From the NCBI GenBank assembly GCA_036491275.1, contig DASXCH010000157.1:8902-72901 (forward strand): DNA of 64,000 nucleotides, read 5' to 3'. The translations under genes were made by a program, and so were the position numbers. Below the pieces are notes generated by a model. That model had not been told where the DNA came from. It saw nothing but the letters and a program-made list of their open reading frames with translations, and ran no database searches. Position 1 is the stretch's first letter. Each line of letters opens with the position of its first letter. This document shows positions 20,891 to 27,997 of the stretch, piece by piece. This stretch comes from Caulobacteraceae bacterium. GTDB lineage: Bacteria; Pseudomonadota; Alphaproteobacteria; Caulobacterales; Caulobacteraceae.

Positions 20891-21805
20891 TCATACCCGC
20901 CGGAAGCGCAGCGTCATCCGGTCGCTCTCGCCGATCGCCTCATAGACCTTGGGATCGAAGCCGGCGGGCGTGGGATGCTCCTTGGTGTGGGTGCGACGGG
21001 TCGGCGGCAGGGTCCAGACACCGAAGGGATAGTCCTTGGTGTCCTTGGGATTGGCGTTGATCTGCGAACTCGCCTCGAGACGGAAGCCGGCGCCCTCGAC
21101 CTTGCCGACCAGGTATTTGGTGGAAACGTAGCCGTCGTGGGCGTCATCGTTCATCTGCCGGGGATCGGCGCGGTGCTCTTCCACCGCCAGGATCGCGTGG
21201 GGCGCGAGGGCGGCGTGGAAGTCGGCCAGGTACTTGGGGACCAACCCGGGCGTCCACATCCAGTCGTGGAAGTTGCGGGCGGTGAGCACCATGTCGGCCG
21301 TTCCGTTGGGGAGGAGCGCGCCGGCGTCCGGTCCGAAGGCGACCACGTCGATCTCGCCGTACTTGGCCGTGTCGGCGTAGCGGGCGGCGAAGGCGGTGCG
21401 GTCGCCCGGCACGGCGGCGACGTAGTGACCATGGGTGGCGAGCAGATAGGGGGCGAGGATTTCCGTCCAGTAACCGCCTGAGGGTTCGATCTCGACCACC
21501 GTCATGCCGGGGCGGAGGCCCCAGAACTGCAGGCTTTCAAGCGGATGGCGGAAGGGATCGCGCGCCCGATTGCCCTCCGAGCGGGACGGGTTGTTGACGA
21601 AGAACGCGTTGATTGGGCCGGGCGGCGGCGGGTCGTCGCCGACCAGGGGACGGACCTCGGGAGCCGGCAAGGGCCCCTCTTGGGGCGCCGGCAAGGGCCC
21701 TTCGGTCGGCGATCCGACCGGCTCGTGTTTCGGCGCCGTCTGGGCGAGGGCGCCCGGCGCCAGGACGAGGCCGGCGGCGGCGAGAGTGAAATGGCGGCGA
21801 TCCAT
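20891..21805 (-). CDS. Predicted SAM-dependent methyltransferase with Tat-like signal
   Basis: MDRRHFTLAAAG; RDPFRHPLESLQFWGLRPGMTVVEIEPSGGYWTEIL, ARNFHDW, GESDRMTLRF. Confidence 0.88.
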   Translation of the reverse strand: MDRRHFTLAAAGLVLAPGALAQTAPKHEPVGSPTEGPLPAPQEGPLPAPEVRPLVGDDPPPPGPINAFFVNNPSRSEGNRARDPFRHPLESLQFWGLRPGMTVVEIEPSGGYWTEILAPYLLATHGHYVAAVPGDRTAFAARYADTAKYGEIDVVAFGPDAGALLPNGTADMVLTARNFHDWMWTPGLVPKYLADFHAALAPHAILAVEEHRADPRQMNDDAHDGYVSTKYLVGKVEGAGFRLEASSQINANPKDTKDYPFGVWTLPPTRRTHTKEHPTPAGFDPKVYEAIGESDRMTLRFRRV

Positions 21806-21907
21806 GGGAAGGGCTCCGGAAAGCGGAACCCTAGAACAGGACTGGATCGGGCGGAATGGGCTGATGGATCGCGCTCGTTTGCGCGGAGTGCGGCGATGAG
21901 TACAGAC

Positions 21908-22014
21908 GTCATCCAACCGAAGCGGAGCGGAGATGCGGGACCCAGGGCGCGAGCACCGATGATTGCTACCTATGGGTCCCGGCTCGTGGCGCTGTGCGCC
22001 TGGGCCGGAATGAC
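21908..22014. repeat. Alphaproteobacterial REP/RIME-like palindromic element
   Basis: GTCATCC...CGGGACCCAG ... TGGGTCCCGG...GGAATGAC nested inverted arms; same architecture at 53502-53616. Confidence 0.75.
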
Positions 22015-22080
22015 GACTGAGTTTGAAGCGCCGACGCTACACGCGCGACTCGACCCCTCGCCCAAGGGGGAGGTGGTAGC

Positions 22081-22746
22081 TCAAGTGCCGCCCCAGTGGC
22101 GGACGCGGCCGACGTCCACGTGGACGAAATCGGACATCGGATAATAGCCGACGCCGCCATCGCCCAGTTCCAGCGCCGCGAGGTGCAGATAGGCCAGGTT
22201 GCGGTCGGTCATGCGAATGTCGATCGCCTGGCCCAGCATATGCAGGCTGCTGACGGCGACCTCGCTGCTTTCGGCATGCAGCATGGCGTTCGTAGACGGC
22301 GAGCGATAGCCCGAGATGACCTCGAAATTCGGCATCGCCTCCATCTTGCGCGAGAGGGCGGTCAACAGGTCCAGGAGCCGTGGCTCGATGATGTGGACCT
22401 CATTGTTGTAATGGTCGCGCAGGACGTGGTTCACCGCCTGGAGCGCGTCGGGGACGTAGGTCCCGTTCTCCCAGTAGGCGACGTCGAGCTTCTCGCCGGT
22501 ATGGAGGTTGTCGAAGGCCAGACGCCGGGCGGAATCGCCAAGCATGGCGGCGGCCGGGCCGCCCAGGACGCCCGACGAGCCGCCCATCAGGGTTCCTGCC
22601 GGAGCCTGCTTGTTGATCAGATCGCCGATCGGGTCGGAACCCGTATCGAGGCCGGTCGCCAGGGCCAGGGGCGCCGCGCCGACGGCGGCCGCCGCCGCGG
22701 TGAGACCGAAGCCTCCTTTGAGGATCGTCCGCCTGGAATAAGCCAT
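22081..22746 (-). CDS. DUF882/YcbK (MepK-like) peptidase M15 with Tat signal
   Basis: SRRTILKGG; LAFDNLHTGE, VLRDH, EVISGYRSPSTN, SLHMLGQAIDI, GGVGYYP, FVHVDVG. Confidence 0.92.
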   Translation of the reverse strand: MAYSRRTILKGGFGLTAAAAAVGAAPLALATGLDTGSDPIGDLINKQAPAGTLMGGSSGVLGGPAAAMLGDSARRLAFDNLHTGEKLDVAYWENGTYVPDALQAVNHVLRDHYNNEVHIIEPRLLDLLTALSRKMEAMPNFEVISGYRSPSTNAMLHAESSEVAVSSLHMLGQAIDIRMTDRNLAYLHLAALELGDGGVGYYPMSDFVHVDVGRVRHWGGT

Positions 22747-22808
22747 ATCAGTCCGACTCGAACTACGCCGCCAACAGATCATTAACCGTAAGAGTCCTTG
22801 CCACAAGG

Positions 22809-24272
22809 TTAGCGGGGGGCGGCCGCAAGCGCCGCATTCAGCCGGTCGTCCCAGCCATAGAGATCAGGCCGGAATATGGCCGGGCCGTCATCGGGCGCCT
22901 CCGCGGTGCGGTAGACGAGGTAAACCGGGGTATGGCTCGTCGGTCGCACCCAGTGGGTGTCGCCGGCGTCGATGGCGTCGTTCACTTTTTCGAGAGTCCA
23001 GCCCTGATCGGACAACAGGGCCACGGCCAGGTCATTGGGCTTCTGGAGTCGGACACAGCCGTGGCTGCGGCCCCGGGAGTCGACGGCGAACAGGTTCCGG
23101 CTGTCGGTGTCGTGCAGATAGACCGCGAACGAGTCGGGCATGTCGAACTTGATCCGCCCGAGCGAGGACTGCGGGCCGGCGGCCTGCACGAGCTGGCCGT
23201 TGATCATCGAGAAAGCGTGCTTGGCGAGGTATGCCGGCCCCTTGGGCAGAAGCTCTTTCTTGGCGATGTCGGCGGGCACGTGCCAGGGCGGATTGAACTC
23301 GATGCTCTGGACGTAGGAGACGAAGAGCGGCGTCGGCTTGGTGGGCTCGCCGACCACCGAACGCATGGTCAGGGTCGGCTGATCGTCCTGGTAGAGGGTC
23401 ACCTCGGCGCCGGCGACGTCGGCGATGATGCGATCCGGCGGCAGGCTGTCCGGCAGCCAGCGCTCGCGCTGAAGGTTCGCGTTGATCGACGCCAGACGCG
23501 CCTCGGCCGGCATGTCGAGCGCCGCCAGGGTCTTGGCGTCGACAATCCCGGTCTCCTTGAGGCCATGGCGCGCCTGGAATTCCGACACCTCGGCGGCGAG
23601 CGCGTGGTCATAGACGATCGAGGGCGAAGCCTGGCCATACCCTTCGATGGCCAACCGCTGGCGAAGGTTCGGAACCTCGCGGTTCTTGGCGCCTGGGCGG
23701 AGCGACAGGCCGGCGGGCAGGCTCGGCCAGCCGCCGTGAGCGGCGATGTCCCCGTAACGGCTCTGCGCGGCCACCAGGGATAGATAGGCCGGGTTGTGGC
23801 GCGGCAGGGCGGCAGCCCAGGCCGGAATGCGCCCTTCCTGGCGCGCCTGGGCGAAATCGGCGTTGGCGTCGTAGGCGCCGCGGAGGGCCCAGTCGGGATC
23901 GACCGCGGCCGGGTTTGACGGCAGGCCATGCTCCTCCTGCGCCAGCACCATGGCGGCTCTGGCGAGAGCGGCGCCGGCCGCCGACCTCACCCGCGGATTG
24001 GGACTTTCCATCGCCGCGACCGCCCCATCGAGATTGGCGGGCGCGGGAAACTCGGGCGCGGCCTGGATCGCCCGCCAGATCGCCTCGCCGTCGACCTGTG
24101 TCAGGGGCCTTGGCGGCAGCGGTGGCGGGGCCGGCGGTGGTGGCAGGGCGATCGGCCCGGAGGGCGGCGCGGCCGGCTGGGCGGCGCACGCGCCGCCGGC
24201 GGCCAGCAGGATCGCCAGGCCGGCGAGAATGGCGGTTCGTCCGCTCCCCCCTGGCGCCCAACGGCCTACCAC
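22809..24272 (-). CDS. YcbB-like L,D-transpeptidase with peptidoglycan-binding domain
   Basis: LRQRL, FQARHGL, NLQRERW, VVGEP..PTP, FNPPWHVP, VYLHDT, RSHGCVRL. Confidence 0.92.
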   Translation of the reverse strand: MVGRWAPGGSGRTAILAGLAILLAAGGACAAQPAAPPSGPIALPPPPAPPPLPPRPLTQVDGEAIWRAIQAAPEFPAPANLDGAVAAMESPNPRVRSAAGAALARAAMVLAQEEHGLPSNPAAVDPDWALRGAYDANADFAQARQEGRIPAWAAALPRHNPAYLSLVAAQSRYGDIAAHGGWPSLPAGLSLRPGAKNREVPNLRQRLAIEGYGQASPSIVYDHALAAEVSEFQARHGLKETGIVDAKTLAALDMPAEARLASINANLQRERWLPDSLPPDRIIADVAGAEVTLYQDDQPTLTMRSVVGEPTKPTPLFVSYVQSIEFNPPWHVPADIAKKELLPKGPAYLAKHAFSMINGQLVQAAGPQSSLGRIKFDMPDSFAVYLHDTDSRNLFAVDSRGRSHGCVRLQKPNDLAVALLSDQGWTLEKVNDAIDAGDTHWVRPTSHTPVYLVYRTAEAPDDGPAIFRPDLYGWDDRLNAALAAAPR

Positions 24273-25774
24273 CAGAGCGAGGCCTCTTCGAAGGCGCGGG
24301 CTTCCTTCCTGGCCCGCTTGATCAGCTTGTCGGCGCGCGCGCCTTGGCGACCGACAATCAGGCCGGCGGCAAAGGCGGTTTTCTGGCCTCCCTTGGCGAG
24401 AATGGACGGCGTCAGAGTTTCGGCCGCCGCCAGATCATTGAGGGCGCCCAGCTGATCCTGCAGCCTGGCCAGGTCCTTGAGGAACGGGCGATAGTCGCCC
24501 GCCTGGTCCTTCGGACCCAATCCGACAAAGAATTCTGAAGCATAACGCATCTTCTTGGCAGAAATCCGAACCTTGTGACGGGCCGCGACGTCGTGCCAAT
24601 CAAGTTTCTCGAGCCGCTGGGCCAGGCTGCGCCTGCGATGTTCCAGGGCGGTCCGGGCGAAGTCGACGATACGGAGATCGACTGCGCCATCGGCAGACTC
24701 GCGGCGCAGTCCGGTCTCGATCCAACGGGCGAGATCGATCAAAAGCAGCCGGAACCTCGGCGCGGCCAAGGCCGTCCGAGCGCGGCCGTGGGCCCGCTCC
24801 TGGGCCTCGATCAGCACATGGCCGAAAGCCGCCGCCGAATTGCGGTCCGCGATCTCGTGCGCCTGTCGCTGGAAGATCTCCTCGATCATCACGTCGAGAT
24901 TGCGCGCCGGCCCCAGTTCGCCGGTGAGCCAGCGGAGCTCGTCCTTGACCTTTCCGGCCCTGGCCCGGTCGAGAAGCTGTTCGAACAGGCGGATGGCCAC
25001 CCTCAGGCGGCGAAGCGCGGTGCGGGCATGGTGCGTCGCCTCGAGCCGGGAGCCGCCGGCGATCAATTCGGCGTTGAGCGACAGCTGGCGAACGCAGCGC
25101 CTGGCCAGGACCTGGAAGCCCTCGACAGCGCCGAGGTTGGGATCGAGGGGATAGGAGCCAAAGCGGACCGGTTCGCCCAACATCCCGTCGGCCAGGGCGA
25201 AGCCGCGCTCGGCCTTGCTCATGAAATCGGGGACGAAGGCGTTATCCTCGGCGAGGCGGCGCCCGGCGTCGAAGAGCGCCCGGGGTTCTCCTCCCTTGAG
25301 TTCCAATTCCAGCTCGAGGATCGGCCAGGACCTGTCATGGGCGATGACCTCGCCGACGTCGAAGCTCAATTCGATGTGGCTGTTGTCGAGGTCGCGCTTG
25401 CGCGAGCGGCGCTGCACGCGGGTGACGAACACCGGCGCCGGGGCGCCGTCCACGCTGATCAGGGACGCCAACGGCGTGCCGTCCAGGAGCGAGAAATCCG
25501 GAAGGCCGCCGCGCAGGGGCTGTTCCTGCTCGAACCTCGAAAAGCCGCTGGCCGCCTTGACGCTCTGTGACCACCGCTCGCCGTCGCGACGCAGGCGCAG
25601 GCTGTAGCCGGCCGACTGCAGGCTCCGGCCCGGCGTGTCGTAATAGATGGTCTCGACCGAGCGGGCGGGCGCGGGGCCCACCTCACGGTCGGCGGCGTCG
25701 CGGGCGGAATCCGAGCCGATGGAGAGCTTGAGCTCCACCTCCCCTGGCGACGGCTGGGCGTCGATATCGCTCAT
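24266..25774 (-). CDS. CYTH + CHAD domain protein
   Basis: EVELKL, YYDTPGRSL, LRLR, ELELELK (CYTH); HHARTALRRLR, RHKVRISAKKMRY, LQDQLGALND (CHAD). Confidence 0.92.
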   Translation of the reverse strand: MSDIDAQPSPGEVELKLSIGSDSARDAADREVGPAPARSVETIYYDTPGRSLQSAGYSLRLRRDGERWSQSVKAASGFSRFEQEQPLRGGLPDFSLLDGTPLASLISVDGAPAPVFVTRVQRRSRKRDLDNSHIELSFDVGEVIAHDRSWPILELELELKGGEPRALFDAGRRLAEDNAFVPDFMSKAERGFALADGMLGEPVRFGSYPLDPNLGAVEGFQVLARRCVRQLSLNAELIAGGSRLEATHHARTALRRLRVAIRLFEQLLDRARAGKVKDELRWLTGELGPARNLDVMIEEIFQRQAHEIADRNSAAAFGHVLIEAQERAHGRARTALAAPRFRLLLIDLARWIETGLRRESADGAVDLRIVDFARTALEHRRRSLAQRLEKLDWHDVAARHKVRISAKKMRYASEFFVGLGPKDQAGDYRPFLKDLARLQDQLGALNDLAAAETLTPSILAKGGQKTAFAAGLIVGRQGARADKLIKRARKEARAFEEASLWW

Positions 25775-25780
25775 CTGAAC

Positions 25781-25999
25781 CTATCTATTGCCGCCAACGG
25801 CCCCGGTGTCGAGATCGATCCGAAATCGGAGGGCCGGGCCGCCCCCGTGCACCGCCGGTTTTTCGAAACGTCCCACCAAGCGACCGCCATTACCGAGAAT
25901 GGTATTCTGTGAGGCGAAGTTCCCCTCGTCGGTCGTCAGCTCGACCCACGGCAGGCCGATATCGGCGGCGATCGGCAATATCAGGGCGAGCGCACGACG
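25781..25999 (-). pseudogene. C-terminal fragment of a GNAT acetyltransferase (COG3981-like)
   Basis: RALALILPIAADIGLPWVELTTDEGNFASQNTILGNGG...RFRIDL; no homologous N-terminus or start codon upstream. Confidence 0.65.
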
Positions 26000-26175
26000 C
26001 ACCGAAGGCGCACCACGCAGGCCGGCGTCGGCGTTCCGAGATGATCGCGAAGATGGCTGACCACCCACTAGTCGGGGCGTCGGGCGGCGCGCGCCACGCC
26101 GTCCACGCTCACGTCTTCCGGCCCGAGCGCGTCTGCATGAGCGTCTGCAATCGGACGGACCCTGCCTCTTGTCCT

Positions 26176-27678
26176 TCAGGTTCGGGCCGGGGCGTATGGG
26201 CCCAGCGCGGCAATGAGCGGCGTCAGGTGACGCTCGTATTGGCGCCAGCGTCCCTGGGAAGAGCGATAGATCGGGCGTCGGGCCTGGTCGGCGCTGGCGG
26301 TGGCGATCGCCCGGCGCGTCTGATGGTGCCGAAGGCACTGGGCCGCCCAGGCGAGCCCGCACACCTCGGTCACCAGCCAACGTATCTGCGCTTCCGGCTC
26401 AGACACCAGCGCCTCGTAGCTCAGCGTCTTCACTCGTCCTGGGAGGACCTCTTCCCAGTGGTCCATCAGGTTCCGGTAACGCGCATATTCGCGGCCGATC
26501 TGGGCCAGGTCATAAAGGGTCTCGTTACCGCTCGCGAACAGCTGTCGAAAGCAGGCGAGGCAGGTGTCCAACGGGTCGCGCAGGCAATGAACCATGACCG
26601 CCCGCGGAAACATCAACGCGATCGCGCCGACGTGGAGATAGTTCTCGAGGGTCTTGTCGACCAGGCGCAATCGGGACTTCCAGCCGAGGCGTTCGACGGA
26701 CGCCAGATAGTCGGCCGCCCGCTGGCGGAACGGGTCAGGCCCTGTTGCGGTCGCCGGGCCGTAGGGAAACCGGCCATCGAGCGCCGACGAAAGCGCGCCG
26801 CTTTCGCCCATTGCCTGGATGTCGGGATGACTGGCCAGAATCTGCTCGACGAGAGTGGAGCCCGAGCGGGGAAAGCCGACAATGAACACCGGCGCGATGC
26901 CCGTCACGCCGTCGCCCGCGCGGGAGGCGATGAATCCGGCCGTGAAGGTGCGCTCGAGATAGTCCGCCGCACGCGCGTGCTCGCGCTCCATGAACTCCGG
27001 TCGAGCGGCCGGATCGCCGACCTCCAGCGCCGCGCGCTTCCGGGCGGATCCGGTCTGGTAAGCGACGAAAGCGGCGTCGAACTGATCGCGGGTCTCGAGC
27101 ACTGCGCCCAGGGCGAAGTGGGTCTCGGTCGCGGCCTCGCCCTTCGCATGGCCGGCCTCGCGCCGCAGGGCCTCGAGTTCGTCGGCGGTCACCGCGCCCG
27201 GCCGCAGGATCGCAAGGCGCGCAAGCGCGCGCGCCCGCGCGGGCGGATCGGCCGCGAGCGTCCTATAGAGTTCGATGGCCTCGTCAGTCCGTCCCTCGGT
27301 CGCCAGGACCGTGGCCAGGGAAAAACCGGTCTCTGCCGCATCGGGCTTGATCGCGCGCGCCTTGGCGTAGGCTATCGCCGCCTGACGCCATCGCTGGAGC
27401 GCCTGGAGAGCGACGCCAAGATTGTGCCAGGCGGCGAAATGCCCAGGCTCGCGCCGGGTAACTCTCAGGAGCCGCACACGAGCGGCCTCGAAGCGCGCCC
27501 GGCGGATGTCGATCACCGCCAGAGAATAGGGAGCGCGAATGTCGCCGGGATCCTGCGCCTCGACACGCAGATAAAGCTGAGCGGCCTCGTCGATACGCCC
27601 CGCCGCATAGTGGGCGCCCGCAGCGTCAAGCAGATCATTGTCCAGCGAGGCGTCCGCGCGCCGGCATGGAGAGTTCAT
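26176..27678 (-). CDS. TPR-containing sulfotransferase family protein
   Basis: N-terminal TPRs; FIVGFPRSGSTLVEQILASH (PAPS-binding), LVDKTLEN, RDPLDTCL, ATASADQAR.PIY..S.GRW. Confidence 0.93.
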   Translation of the reverse strand: MNSPCRRADASLDNDLLDAAGAHYAAGRIDEAAQLYLRVEAQDPGDIRAPYSLAVIDIRRARFEAARVRLLRVTRREPGHFAAWHNLGVALQALQRWRQAAIAYAKARAIKPDAAETGFSLATVLATEGRTDEAIELYRTLAADPPARARALARLAILRPGAVTADELEALRREAGHAKGEAATETHFALGAVLETRDQFDAAFVAYQTGSARKRAALEVGDPAARPEFMEREHARAADYLERTFTAGFIASRAGDGVTGIAPVFIVGFPRSGSTLVEQILASHPDIQAMGESGALSSALDGRFPYGPATATGPDPFRQRAADYLASVERLGWKSRLRLVDKTLENYLHVGAIALMFPRAVMVHCLRDPLDTCLACFRQLFASGNETLYDLAQIGREYARYRNLMDHWEEVLPGRVKTLSYEALVSEPEAQIRWLVTEVCGLAWAAQCLRHHQTRRAIATASADQARRPIYRSSQGRWRQYERHLTPLIAALGPYAPART

Positions 27679-27997
27679 GAACCCGACCTCAGCGGCCCGA
27701 CTGAACAGGCGTCAAGAGGCGTTGGAGCCGGCGCGCCTGGAGCTTCACACTCTTGGTTCTGGTCCCACTTGCAATCGACACGCGGGATGAGGCCTCGCCC
27801 GCGCCAAGCGGCGGGTTCGCTCTGCACAAGTCCCAACTGTGGCAATCGTGCATCAAGGCAAGACAATTTGTTTGCCCGCCGGACGATTTTTATCGACATC
27901 GAATGAACCCGGCGCCTGCGATGCTGTCTCCTGGACTTGAAAACAGGGGTCGTGACCCGCCGTGAGAGCGGGCCTGTGTGGCGGGAGGACATCTGCC

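Noticed and set aside
27679-27997. Cobalamin/TPP riboswitch or sigma-54 promoter before the TBDR
   Set aside because: No riboswitch consensus boxes; TGGCAATCGTGC has GG-N7-GC rather than the required GG-N10-GC spacing.
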